A DNA stretch of 64,000 bases from Eledone cirrhosa (Eukaryota). The stretch lies in the NCBI GenBank assembly GCA_964016885.1, contig OZ024743.1, positions 243,722,001-243,786,000 on the forward strand, given 5' to 3'. The notes under the pieces are model-generated. The model was given only the letters and a program-made list of their open reading frames with translations, made no database searches and was not told the DNA's origin. Numbering within the stretch: the stretch's first letter is position 1; every line of letters begins with the position of its first letter. The translations under genes were made by a program, and so were the position numbers. Of the stretch, positions 12,501 through 27,500 are shown piece by piece.

Positions 12501-15500
12501 CACATATATTAGCATAGTATTCATAAAAAATAATGGGATATTTAATTTAATAATTCTTTGATTACAATATTCTAAGTAAAGATGTTTCATCCTACTCTCG
12601 CTATACCTCTCTCTTGTCACTACGGCTATTTCATTTTACATTCATTTAAATAAATTACAATAATTTTCTTCCACATTTTCTCTAATCATTATCAAACATG
12701 TGTATTAAATTATGATGAGTGTTCAACCTATATATAAGTATATCTATCTTTAGACTGCTATTGGTATTTGTGTTTTGTTCTTAGTTATTCTAATTCAAAA
12801 ATAGGTATATTGGCAATTATACATAGATAACTATAGATTGACTGACAGTCAGGCAGGCAGAGAGATAGATAGACAGATAGATAGTGATAGCAAGACAGAC
12901 AAATAGGTAGCTGCATAGATAAACAGTTAGGCAAATAGGTAGATGGATGCTATACAGTAATCAAAATCTATTTTCAATATAGATTATACACTAGCTTGTT
13001 ATCAAATATTTCTCTATAAATTTTCATGGTGTTTACAAGATAACCAAGGTAAAATATTGCAGGGAGAAATTATTTGTAGGCTTGCTAATTTTTAATGAAG
13101 AAATATAATTATTATTTAGTTAAGGATTCAGACTTTTTCCTCGGGTGCATGACCAATTATGAAATGGGGGTCATAGTTGTTGCAGATTATTATAGATGTA
13201 ATGTAATACAATGGCTGCAGCCTGATGACATCTGTCACCTCCATACCAGTAACTGGTGCAGGTTGGTGGTTGTTTTGCTGGGAGGGTTGTGATATGGTTT
13301 TGAACAATGTATGTGATTTTTACATTTTTACTTTTCCTTGTGCAGATGGGGTCTGGTGAATAGTCAAATGTAAGTTTATGGATTACATTTGCTTTTGTTT
13401 GCTCTAGATGTATTTATGTTCAAGTTAAGGCAATTGATGGTCGTAGTTAAATACATATACATATATATATATATATGGGGGCACATGGCTTAGTGGTTAG
13501 AGCATTGGCCTTGCAATCGAAAGGTTGTGAGTTCAATTCTCAGACCGGGTGATGTGTTGTTTCCTTGAGCAAGACACTTTATTTCACATTGCTCCAGTTT
13601 ACTCAGCTGTAGAAATGAGATGATAGGACTGGGGTCTCTATCATTCCACTGCAAAGTGGTCGTGGAGGTGCACCCAGCCCACACTGTAAAGTGGACGTGC
13701 AGGTGCCATGTAAATGCACTCACTGTAAATGAGGTTGGTGTTAGGAAGGGCATCCAACTGTAGAAATCAAGCCAGAATCAGTTCCCGTCCCACCCTTGCA
13801 AGCAGAGAAAAGAGGACATAAAATGATGATGATGATATATATATAATTGGCACTCCGTCGGTTATGACAATGAGTGTTCCAGTTGATCCGACCAACGGAA
13901 CAGCCTGCTTGTGAAATTAATGGGCAAGTGGCTGAACATTCCACAGACATGTGTACCCTTAACATAGTTCTCAAGGAGATTTAGCTGAGTGGATTGGAGC
14001 AATGGCAACATGAAATCAAGAGTTTTGTTCAAGGACACAACGCACCTTATGATTGTGAACCACAATCCATTCACTTTACAAAAATTGCATGTTGTAAAGG
14101 CAAATCTGTAAGTCAGAGTGGATAAACGGTTTAGTGTGGGAACAAAAAGAATGCTCTGAACAGTACAGTTTCAGCGCCTTGTTCTATGTGCAGGAGATGC
14201 CTTACCTAAGTACAAAGTGAAACCTACTACAGTCAGTAGGCACCTCTAACAAAAATACACCCCCACTCCATCCACACCACCCCTTTCAATGTAAAGTTAT
14301 GTTGGTACCACAACATCCAGTCCGAAACAAATGAGGTTGTGTAGGTGTCACAACAAAAAAACACAGTCCACGCTGTAATGTGGCCGTGTAGGTAACACGG
14401 TAAAAACCTCCCAGTCCACACTGTAAATGTGGTTGGTGTTAGGAAGGGCATCCAGCCGTAGAAAACCCGCCAGACAGTCCTATGCGAGCAAGACAACCAC
14501 TCTTGCCTCAAGTGGGAAAACTCCCGTCCAAACCCATGCAAGCGTGGAAGATGGACGTTAAACGATGATGATGATGATGATGATGCACATAGAAGCCACG
14601 TGGTATTTCCCAAAAATTATAAACAGCAGGGTGAATTTATTTATTAACAGTAAGATTAACAAAGCGTGATTCATAATAAAGGTGTATATGAAGGCATATA
14701 TATGTTTCTGTATAGTAAACATACATAAATCATACTATGGATGTTTTAAGCTGTGATCATGTCACAACTATCTCAGTAGCCATGTGAGAATGCCCGATAT
14801 GTGTTTCTAGATTTTAGGTGTCGTTGGTGATATCCACTCACTTGGTACTGAGACAAGAATAAGCTATAGCTTATATATCTCTGCCAATGCAATTTGAAGA
14901 TGATTATGTAAACTGTGATGATGATGGTGGTGGTGTTACTGGTGATGCCAGTAATATTGATGGTGGTGGTAATAACAGTAATGTTGTTGATGGTGTTGAT
15001 ATTGATGACCAGATCAACAGTGAACCAAAACATCTATCACGACAAAAGAAATCATAACATAAAATATTGAAGTGATATATTACCTTGAGATCAATAAGAC
15101 GTGTCTTAATAAGGGTTATATATTCATGGAACACTTCAGAACATTGTGTAGGTATGAAAGGAGTTTTCATGAGGTGTGCCTGAGAAATAAAAACAAAATT
15201 TACAGCTCACACATATGTAGGTTTAGCTGGCCTCCTATGAGGTTGCACCTCATAGGAGGCCAGCTAAACCTACATATGTGCTTTAATGTTAGCGACTCCA
15301 GTTGTATCATAAAAAGTATTGTAAAATGAAGTGCCTTGCTCAAGAACACAAAGCACTACTCCATCCAGGAATGGAGTCCACAACTTTATGATCATTAGTC
15401 CAACACTAACCACTAGGCTTGATGTGTGCCCGAGTAATAGAAGTAAAAATATGTTTATGAATGAGGACATTCCTGTAACCCTTTTGATAACCATCTGCTC

Positions 15501-18500
15501 ATGGTTCTACATGATAAAAGTGTTTGTTTTAACTCTGTGGTTTAGAGGTTCTTTAAATATTGTGGGGACTGTCTACAGCCCATCCAGCTCTCCACCCTTA
15601 ATCCATCCTTGGCACTAGCACTACCACTTGACAGAGTGTAGTGGGTGCATTAACCTTTAACCTTTGTTGTATATTATCCTCACCCCAATCATAAACAAAA
15701 ACTCACCTTCAGATGAAGTGGAGATTCAAAGGGGACCAAGTCAGACAATAATTTCACAAGGAAGACAAAACTTTTTGGTGTATTTGCAACTGATTTATTT
15801 GAACAACCAAATGTTAACTGCAACAAAGAGGATGAAGAAATCTTTAGATTGATTTCTCTGCTGTTTTATTGTTAATATTTCATAAAAAAAGGAAAGGAGA
15901 TAATTGTTAGATTGGACAATTGGAACAATGTTTCCACTGCTGATACTATCGGCTGATTGCAACTCTTGTCAGGAGGAGGCAGTGTTTGAACTCAGAAAGT
16001 ACAAAGCTGGATCAGATACTGCAAAGCATCCCTTGCAACTCTTTCACAATTTTGCCAATCCACCACAACAGGGCTGGTACTTTATTTATCGCAAAGTTGC
16101 CATTGACCGGATTTGAATCCAGAGTGTAGTTAGGCGAAACAAATGCCAAGGCATTTAATCCAACATCTTAATGATTGTCAATCTAATGCCCTCAAAATAA
16201 GGATAAATACTGGTAAATTTGCTAAACTAATGTGATATATATCATCAGTTTATGTCTGTTTTTCCATATTGGCATAGGTTGGATGAATCATTGTCAGAAT
16301 TTAAGCATAGCGACTGTTATCCTAAACGGGCTGGGAGACCATGTTACTCAATGTTAGATTTTTGGCTCTTATGGTTGGCTGTCCTTCCTGACACCAACCC
16401 ATGCTTTATTCTAAGTAAGATATATGTCATTAAAGTTTGTCAATCCAATATGCAGCATGGTATATTGTTTTGACATTAGGAACCAAGTCATATGGTCACT
16501 TGACCTGACTTGTCTCACTACGGGACAACTTATCTAATCCATGCTAGTGTGGAAAAATGGATGTTAAACAGTGATGATGATGAATATAAACAACTGTCAT
16601 TACAGGTCTTTTAAATGTTATTGACATGATATTTGCTGTAACTCGTATACACATACACACACACACATTTCAACGGCATTCTAATAAATATTGCCTGTAC
16701 AGGTAATCAAATATGTATACATTTTTGGGGACATCCAGTATACATAACAAACTTTCTTGTAGTTTCTGTCTCTCAAATTCATTCACAAGGCATTGTTCAA
16801 CCAAGGGCTATAGTAGAAGACATTTGTCCAAAGTGCCAAACAGTTCTGAAACAACAAACTTCTTAATCATGTAGACATGTGAGTATGATGATAGAGGTGT
16901 TGGGTGATAATGAGGCTGGAGATGATGGTGAAGATGATTGTGGTGATGATGGTGACAGTGATGACGACAACAATGTTTGTGATTGTGGTGTTATGATAAC
17001 GATGGTCACAAACATGAAGATAGCAATAATATAGTGAAAACCTACCTCAATCCAGTCAGGATATGAAGGAAACACATGAGGACCTTCAAAGCAAGCTTGT
17101 CTGGCAAAAAGTAGGGCAGATATTGAACTCTCAACATCCAGATTCTCCAATCCTTGTTTCAACATCTTACTGATGTAACCTAAACAGAAGAAGGTTGGAG
17201 CCATTACCCTCAGCTGGAAAGAAAGAGTTTCTCAGAGTGACAGGCAAATTGTATGATACTTATGTACAAAGTTGATGGAAACCGCGGAGTGGGGAGACCC
17301 AAGATGACCTGGGATGAGGTGATAAAAGCCGACCTTACCCAATTACACCTCTCAAAGACAATGACACACGACCGTGACTTCTGGCGTCAAGCAGTAATAC
17401 AGAGTACCCGACCTCCCATGGGTACATGCTGAAGCATATAAACAATATGCCCCCACACCCCCCACCGCAAGGTGGTCGTGGAGGTGCCACGGCAAAAAAG
17501 CACCCAGCCCACACTGTAAAGTGGATGTGTAGGCGCCACGAAAAAGCACCCAGCACTCACTGTAAATGAGGTTGGTGTTAGGAAGGGCATCCAGCTGTAG
17601 AAATCAAGCCAGATCAGTTCCTGTATGAGCAAAGCATGGTCAGCCGACCAGACACTGCACACAACAGGACAACCCGTCTAACCCATGCTAGCGTGGAAGA
17701 ACGGACGTAAAACGGTGATGATGATGATGATGATGAAAGTGCAGAGTTGCATGGTGACAAGATGTGGGCTTGAAAGCAGAAGATTTATGAAGACTAAAAA
17801 GAAATGAAACAAACATGCTTCATTGAATGTGTATGAACAATGGAACACAAATGTGCTGAGAGTAAAACTGGATATAAAAGGAATCAGATATAGTTGTAGT
17901 GTACAAAAGAGAAGACTGAATTGGTATTGGCATATGATGTCTATTGTATAAAGAAGTGCAGAGTACTTGAAGTAGATGGTATCACTGTAAAAAGGAGATT
18001 TAGAAAGATGGGATGAAATGGTGAAGTTAGACCCCAAGAAACTAAACCTCACAAAGATGACACAGGACCAATCTGACTAGTGATGCTGTGTGTTGGAGAA
18101 GACCTGCTCACTGGTGCAAGCATAGCAAAATGTTTGTTAAACTAACAGTAGTAGTGATGAAGATTGAGAAGTAATAATATATATTAGATTTCTCACTCAT
18201 TATACTCCTGTTAGTCTCAATCTCCTACCAACAATCATGTAGTTACCTTTGTCATTCTCCTCTTAACATTTTGTTTTCCACTTCACACTCATACCCTCTC
18301 CTTTCAACCTCTTGATTACCATCCCCTTCAATTCATATTCTTGGTTACATTTGGTTTGAAAGAATGGAAACTACATAGACTGGAGAGGAGGACTCTTTAG
18401 CTCTGCAGAGCACAAGGTTACTTCAGTGTTGGCGCCATGATAACATATACACAATACACTCTGTAAAGAGACTGATGATTCGAGACAGTGTAGGGTAGAG

Positions 18501-21500
18501 ATAAGTCTTTAGTTATGTTGAAAATTTGACAACCTCTCTCTAGTACTGGTGTCAATAAAATGGGTCCAATCATCATCATCATTTTATGTCAGGGTTTCTA
18601 GGTTTGCATGGGTTGGATACATTGTAAAGTGGCTGCTGTTAGGAAGGATATTCAGCTATAGAAACCAAAACTGGAATATATGAGCAAGATGTGGTTCTCT
18701 GACCCATCTAAAAGGGCAGTATCGTCCATGAAAAAGTTTCCGATTTAAAAAAAAGGGGCTAAATATATTAAATTTAAAGCTACCCAATTGTACTACAATC
18801 TTTTCAACTTACCTTTCAAAAGTTTTGGAGCAGCTCCAAAGTAGACAAGGAATGTAGAAGTAAAACTCAGCAAGGTACACCAATTGAAATCATCTGCTTC
18901 CAAAAGACTTTGAATAATATTGAGAATAGCATCAGCATCCAGGACTGCAAAGTACTGTAAAATGAAATAAAACACAAAAGATTTATCTGGAGCACAGACA
19001 GGCAAAATAGGAAAGATAAAGTTGAAGCTTCTGAAGACCTTAGTGTGGCCAGCAGCACTGTATGGCTGTGAAATCTGGACACTGAAAAATAACTGATGTT
19101 CACAAACTGATCTTACTTGAGACATGTTACAAGTGAATCAGATGGATGGACCACAAAACTAATGAGTCAGTCCTGAAGGAGATGGAAACAAAGAGGTAGA
19201 TGGTCGCCACCATAAGCATGTGAAAGCTACAACACTTTGGCCATGTCATCAGGGCTTAGAATCTCTGCACCAACATCCAGGAGAGATGCATCAATGGCAG
19301 AAGATTAGGAGGAAAACCAAGGTGATGCTGAAGTGATGACATCAGAAAGAAGGCTGGCAGAGTGTATGGTTGTGGTAAGGGAGAGGAACAAGTGGAGAAC
19401 ATTGGTATAAGTGTCCATGACCCTCAACTCTCAGTAATGAGGATGAGAAATGACTTGACCTGACCTATATAAAGTAGAATAGAATGCACTTCTGTTAGTT
19501 TTGATGATGAATGTTGCAGTTGTTTGACAAATGGAACAGGTTGTTCATGAATTAACATGTAAGGGCTGAATATTCCACAGACACGTGTAGCTATTATGCA
19601 ATTTTCAGAGAGATTCAGCGTGACATTGTGTGTGACAAGACTGGATTTTGAATTACAGGTACAGTTCACCTTACAGGCTTTTAAACAGTTTCTACTTACT
19701 CAAATTCACCCACAAGCCTTGGAAAAGGATATTTGCCCAAAATGCATGCAATGGGATGAAACCTAGGACCAAATGATTGCAAAGTGAACTTCTTAACCAT
19801 TTGGCCATACTGTATCCACAATATAAAGTACTGTACTACTAAATCACAAAGTGCTGACTTCATTCTTTATCCATCAATATGAGACACCATACTGACAATA
19901 AAAGAGATTCTGTTGGGTGCTGGGGTAAAAGAGTAGTGACATTAAGTAGAATTTCAAAGTATTCATCTGTTGACCAAGAATAAGAGGACTAATTAAGAAA
20001 GATTTGAAGGACAAAGCATAAAAAAAATAGGTAAGAAAAAAAAAATCAATGAAATTATATTGCTGTTACAGCTAACACTTATGTAGGTTTAACTGACCTG
20101 CTAAGAGGTTGTATCTCATATACTTTTAATGATAAAAACTTCAAACCTTGATGAAAAGTACCCAGTACACTCTATAAAGTAGTGGTGCTGTTGTCATCAT
20201 AAAATGCACCCAGCACACTCTATAAAGTGGTTGATGTTAGGAAGGACTGTATAAACCACAACAAAATATGGAACGTATAACGGAATACTCTTACATTTTA
20301 CTGGCGAAGACTCAAAACCGAATTTGAGCTTTCCCGCCTCTGGGACACACAATCGTTGGAAGTTCTCGCCTTTGTCCTGTCAACGATAATGGATGACATT
20401 CCATTTGGCCTGTGACCCCAACCCCTTGGGAGAGGCTAACCACAGGTCAGATCATATATCTATCCTTCTAACTTTAGCACTTATTATAAATACAAGGACT
20501 GAGGGAACAAAGGGAGCAGAATCGAAGCAGCAGTCAAGAAGCTAACTATGTGGAGTCAGTAGACCTTTCACTCTATCTTTCTCCTGGCCCTTACTGGCTT
20601 ACCCTCTTGGCCAGCCAGACAGCCAGCCATGCCTGCCTGACAGATTGACCATTACTACTATGAGAATAAGATAAACTAAGAATAGATACACACACACACA
20701 CACACGCATAGTAAGTTCATATTGTTATATTATACTCTCATTCTATTCTTCCTGCCATATTGTATCTGCAAGTGACAACCCAACTTATATATTATATCGT
20801 CTTCTCTGATACATACATTTACGTAGCTCGTAGCAGCTACCAATTTATTGTACGGATATATTTGTGTCATAAATTCTATCATTCGATATTCAAATTGAAT
20901 ATTGTTATTATAAAATAAACATTGTTAACAACTCAATCATGGCATTATACTTTTCAACAAAACCATCATACCAACAATACAACCAACCCGTTACAAATGT
21001 ATGAGGAAGATGTGGTCTCTCTGACCAGTATAATTTCAAACTGTGACAACCCATCCAACCAATGTTAAAATGGAAAGCAGACGTTAGATGATGATGACAC
21101 TCACTTGTTTGAAGAAGGTTCTTCTAAAGGGACTCAACTTACTATAGGTCCATTGTTCTTGGTGTTTGATTGCATCAGACACTGGATAAATAAACAAAAA
21201 TAAATTGTTTAAAAATATTTCAGCAATATTTTACAGAAACCTAACATATCACCATTGTCATATAATGCTTCAGGGTTGAACAGGTCATCACAGACCAAGT
21301 CAGCACTTTAATCAGGGGCTGTGTCTTGCTTACATTTGTTCTTACACACATCACCAGATGCATTTTATCGTGAGACCATCACTAGGGAGGTTGCAATGTC
21401 TTTGACACAACAGAAGAATGAATTAAAATACTTTAGTTATTTTCTGTGAGTAACAGACCAGATTTGTGAATGGAAAGCAAGGTTCCAGTCAGATGGAAGA

Positions 21501-24500
21501 TGACATAGTAAAGTTAATAGTAAATGAAATTTAGAGCTCACATGTATGTACGCTTAGCTGGCACCCTACAAGGTTGCATCTCAGGTTTATTTGGTGTTTT
21601 AATGGCAGAGACCCTGTCCTATCATAAAAAAAAAACATCACGCTCAAGACAATATGCCACCCAGTCCAGCAACCGAACAGATCACACAACCTTATGATTG
21701 TGAGGCCCAACACATGATTGTGAAGCTAACCATGAAGCTCTAGTAAACAGAGCCATAAAAGCTAAGAAAGGCCTAGAAAGATTGGAAATAAAAGGGGAGT
21801 GAGGAAAAAGCAATGATGAATATCAGGTAGCACTAGATGTCAGGTTTACATAGTTAGGAGAGTAATAGTATGCACCCTTTGTTGAGTCCAACTCCTACAT
21901 TGAATGGTTTTGATTTAGCACCATTTATCTTAACACAAATACTAGGGGATTCATACAGAGTCATCAAGGTAGCAAGAATCTGACCATCAATCCCATACTC
22001 CTGCAAAACCTTCCACAGCAGGTCCTGAGGAACGTGGTCCTATGCCTTTTCAATGTTGACAAAACAAGAACATACTTCTTGGCACTACTCCCACTATTTC
22101 TCGAAGACCTGCTGCAGTGTAAATATTTGCTTGGCTGTGCCAGTTACATGTTAAATTTAATGAGCAGACTGTTCCATTGATGGACCTAATGGGACACTCA
22201 TCACTGAAACTGATGGAGGTCCATTCCATTCCATGTTGGATATGAGGAATATGAAAACTAGTGAAATGAGAGATATTCTTGATTGGAAGGTAAATAAGAT
22301 CAAAATGAAAATAGGTAGATGTTAAAACATTCCTGTGTTTCACACAGCATACCTGTATAATCAGGTTTGAACCTGAGAAGAAGATTTAGTTGATGAATGG
22401 ACATCTTTCCTAAAGAATCTACATTAATACGTTCATATTTTGAAGCTAGTTCAATAGGGAGCAGTGGAATGTAGCTGTCTGTTTCTCTTTCAGCAAAACC
22501 TATAGAGAAGAAGAATAAAAATGTTAGGTACATTACCATCATCATCATCATCATCATCATACGTCCCCTTTTCCATTATGGCATAAATGAACAGGGTATC
22601 ACAATCTGAGACTGGGTGGATTGGAGAGACCACATCTTGCTTATAAGTTTCAATGTTTTGTCATTGTTTCTACAGGCCTTCCCAATTCCAACCCCTTGAC
22701 AGAAAATACTGGATGTTTTTTTTCCTTATCATGGCACTTGCACAACCACTTTACTGGAATGTCTTAAGTTTCTATGTTTCATTTTAATTGGAATAACCCA
22801 AATCTGAAGTGAGTAAAACCTTAGCGTGTGTATGTATTTATGAGCGTGTGTGTGTATTTATGTGCATGGCTTAGTGGTTAGGATGTTCAACTTACAATCA
22901 TAAGTTTGATTCCTGGTGGCTTATTGTGTCCTTGAGCAAGACACAGTGCTTATTTCATGCTGATTCAGCTGGAAAAATGAATTGTACCTGTAATTAAAAA
23001 ATGACAGCCTTGTCACGTTCTTTGTTATGCTGAATCTCCCTGAGAACTACGTTAAGGGTGTACATGCTGAGCCACTTAAACATTAATTCCACAACCAGGC
23101 TATTCAATTATTTAAATAACTGGATCACTTGTCAGAACTGAGGTCCAGCAATAACAATAAATGCCTGTGTGTATATAAACTGATGTGTAGAATTGCATCC
23201 ATTTATGTCAAAGCCACAGCCTATAAATAAATACAGATCAATTAAATAAATACTAGGGGTTGAGTGATCAACTAAAACCAGTAAAAAAGGTGCCCTAGCA
23301 TAGCTGCAATTCAATGACTGAAGCTAGTAAAAAATAAATAAAATAAAAGTAAACGATTACATATTCCCTTACCTTGAGTCACTAAATTGAAAATGTTCAA
23401 AGAATACTGTAAGATATTTAAAAAACAAAATTAGTTAATTAGAAATCAAATGCGTGTTCAATTAAATCTTAACATCCTGTAATCATTTAGCAGAAAATAT
23501 CTAAAAAGGCATTTGTTAATTTAAATATTTATAATATCTTTACGAGAGAGATCATTGAGAAAATTTTCAGTATTAGAATAAAGACTAATGTTTAATGTGT
23601 TTCAGTCAACATGCTGCTTTGTACGTTTCAAGAATGTCTTGCTAATGTGGTTTCATGTGGTGTAGGACGTTAAAAGTTAAAAATACTGGATTATTACGTT
23701 GTAGTGTTTCTATCATGAAGGGTGAACTACATCTTTATGGCATGTTAGTGGTACAATACTGGACTGAAACTATTTTGACCCCAACCCAGCTCTAGTTTTA
23801 TGAAACCAAACCACCCATTGTAAACTAGACCTGAAAAATGTGCAAGCTCAAAAGAGCCACAGAATGTTATAATAAACCTTCAAAAGTGTGGGACTAGAGT
23901 TGTTGCTAAAAAATATTGTAATCATTATCTATCGTACACACTGTGGCATCTTTTTATAAAAAAGAGACTCATAATGAACTCAAGACGACACAATAATTAT
24001 TTAAGCTATTAAGCTAATGTTCAATATCTCATATTAGATGTTTAGTAATGATCAATACGAAATTCACTTAAACCGAATTCTATATTATAAATTCACTTAA
24101 ATAATTATTGTGTCGTCTTGAGTTCGTTATGAGTCTCTTTTTTATAAAAGGATGCCACAGAGTGTACGATAGATAATGATTACAATATTTTTGAGCAACA
24201 ACTCTAGTCCCACACTTTTGAAGGTTTATTATAACATTCTGTGGCTCTTTTGAGCTTGCACATTTTTCAGATCTAGTTTAATATTTTTTTAAGGCAATGC
24301 TTGTAATAACTCTAGTTAAACATCATATATATTAATAATAAATTATCGTTGTAATGTAATTAGATTATATAATTGTTATTTTATAAATGATCTTATAAAT
24401 ATTATTGTAAGATATATAAAAATATTTTCAGACTTTTAATATAAACAACTACAAAAAACAATCAATCATCATCATCATCATCATCTTCGTTTAATGTCCA

Positions 24501-27500
24501 TTTTCCATGCTAGCATGGGTTAATATATTTTACATAATAATTGTTATAGTTGAATTAATGAAAATGAAATATTACATACAAATAGTCTAACGTAATAATA
24601 AAAAAATAATCTAACATAATAATAATAAAATAATCTAACATAAAACGAACAATAATATGGACAAATATACAAGTAAATATGATACAACCAATATTATAAG
24701 CATGTAACGAACTGAAAAAAAAAAATAGTTAATATAAATTTAAAAATCATATATAAATTAACAATATAACTTACCAAAACGAGAAAAATATTTTGATGAT
24801 AAATGACAAAATACTGGTGGAAGATTCAAAAGCGAAACAATAAATAAACGTGCAAACAAAGTGGCGGATGCTTTTGAGCAACAATTACTCTCATTGGTTG
24901 ATTAGCCAATAAGACGATGAAATTAGCCAATAAAATGATACATTACAAAAGATGTTGACAGGGATCACCACAGCCAGCGAAACCCCTTAAATTTTTTTAT
25001 TCATAAGCTATGCATATATGTCAGACATGCAGACTTAAAACATTCTGTTGTTAGTCACTGCGTGTCTAACAGATTATTTCTTTAAATATTCTATTTAAAT
25101 TAAAATCTTCCAACACAATTTTATAAAAGAACCATATCTTAAGTTACTATCTTAGTAATAAAATAATTAAAAATTCTGGTAAATCCTTAAAATAGAAATA
25201 CGTTTATGAAAGGTTTAATGAATTCTCAACTAATCAGTGATTAGTTGTGCTAGTATACCAAAATGCACAGCTAATCAACAACCTTATTAGCCTTGGTGTA
25301 GCCCCTTTGGTGTGTATATATATAGAGGAAGAGGGAGCAAGTGGAGAGGGCTAAAGTGATAGGAATGAGGTGGTGATAGAAGAGGGCCAGAGTGGATGTG
25401 TGATAGAAAGGAGAATAATGGATGAGAGCAAATGGTAGACAGCTACAGGATGATAGTAATGAGATTAAATAGAAACAGCAAGACTGAGAGGATGATTAAA
25501 GAGAGAGAAATAACTGGCTTGCACACAGTTGTCAATATGAAGAAACATGGAATAACCTGACACACACACACAAACAGATATATAATGAGCTTCCTTATAG
25601 TTTTTGTGTACAAAATTTTGCTCACAAGGCATTCAATCCGAGACTAAAGAGGACACTTGCCTATAGTGCCATGGAATGGGATCAAACGAGGAACCATATA
25701 GTTGTGGAGTAAACTTCTTAACTATGCTTACTTATTACTGTTAAAGATGGAATTAGTTCAAAAACTCATTTGTTTACAATATAAGTAGATAACAGTGATG
25801 AAAGATGATATATAAATTAGTTTTAATCAATAAACTTGCTTCTCCTAACCACAACTCAACACATCAGTCATCCCAAAGGCTCAACATATCAAATATTCAT
25901 TACCACAGCTCAACACATCAAACACTCTCACCCCAACTCAACCCATGAAACAGTCATCACCAAAGATCAACTCATGAAACAGTCATCACCTCAGCTCAAC
26001 TCATCAAACAGTCATCACTACAGCTCAACACATCAAACACCCATCTCCACAGTTCAACACTGGAAACACTTATGACATAACACATCAAACATCACTACAG
26101 TTATGTATTAAGGGAATTACAAAACAAAAAATGAACCTCATCTAAGTGTTTCAACAAAAAGAATAGATTCGAGTTGTAAATGAGTAGATCTAAGAGCAAC
26201 GGTATTCCAGTTATGAACTTCCTGTTTTATTTTCGGTCATAGTTTATCTCAGACTACATTATCTAACGTGCCCTTTATATTTTTTAAAGATAGTAGGGTG
26301 TGTGATTTGAGAGAAGGTTGGCTGCTATTTGGTATACTTAGAAAAGAAAGGATATTTAATTTTCAATTACTTAAAATAATCAATATCACTGTTAGGATGA
26401 AACTGCTGTGTAAAAGAAATCTTTCTTACCTGTTGAAGAATGGGAGTTTCTTGGCAGGTACTGATGACAGGGAATGATTGGTTGCTCAGTATACCAGTAA
26501 CACCTACAGGGATGGAAGAGATTGCAAGAGTGGGTCAGAAATATTTATATTACACCATAATTCTTTTATAACGATGTATATTTATATTGAAGAGTCTCCC
26601 TTCTCTCATATATATCATCATCATCACCGTTTAATATCAATTTTTCCACGCTGAGAGGCATGTCTGGCCGAACCCCTCTCACAGCGGCACCCCAGTTTCG
26701 GAGCTGGGCACTCTGCATTCGATGGGTACTTCTCAATATGAAACCGGATAACCACGTGACTCCACTATGAGGACGGACAGGGACCACAATTTTTGGACCC
26801 CGGCACTGGATGACACCATTATGAGGAGTAACAAGCCAGTTGGCTGCGCCAAACCCTTCTCACAGTGGTGCCTCAGTTTCGGAGCCGGGCAATCTCTTCG
26901 CAACGAATCCATTTCAATACGAAACCACATGTGACACCCCTATGAAGAGAGACAAGCCAGTTGGCCACGCCGAACCTTCTTACAGTGGCATCCCAGTTTT
27001 GGAGCTAGGCACTCTCCACACAGTGAATCCTTCTCAATACGAAGCCACATTGTGTGAGCCTGGGACTGGGTGACACCACTATGAGGAGGGACAAGGGTGG
27101 ATCCTCAATTCAGGTGTTGGATGTAGCGAGGGCTGGGCGTTTGCATCGTGACCTTGTTTATTATGAATATTATTTTCCAGTCAGTGATATTTGGCTTGTG
27201 AGGGTGTGTAGGTGATATGGTTAGGTTTCCAAGATGGCATTCTTCTTTTTCATTGTACTGTGCTCTGGTGGTAAGTGGGAAAAATGTTTTAAAAGAGATC
27301 AGGATGTTAAGTTTATTAAAGGACATTTAAAAAAAAATTGGAATAGCAATTTGTTTTACGAAGGTGCTGCTAAATAAAAAACAATCTAATAAACTAAATA
27401 TTAATGATATGGCTAAAATGATTCACGAGGTAGATCTTAAGGGTAAGAGACAGCCAATAATGGCTGGCTTAAGAGATATGTGTTTTACATCACAGAGGTG

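Noticed and set aside
13477-13550. tRNA gene (also similar heads at ~12047, 22866, 42875, 50458, 56295)
   Set aside because: A/B boxes run directly into SINE cores and no full cloverleaf is evident; these are SINE heads
19893-19988. Extra 96-nt in-frame FANCA cassette exon (SSYSWSTDEYFE...)
   Set aside because: It has AG/GT and no stop, but flanking exons already align contiguously with human FANCA; RNA evidence would be needed
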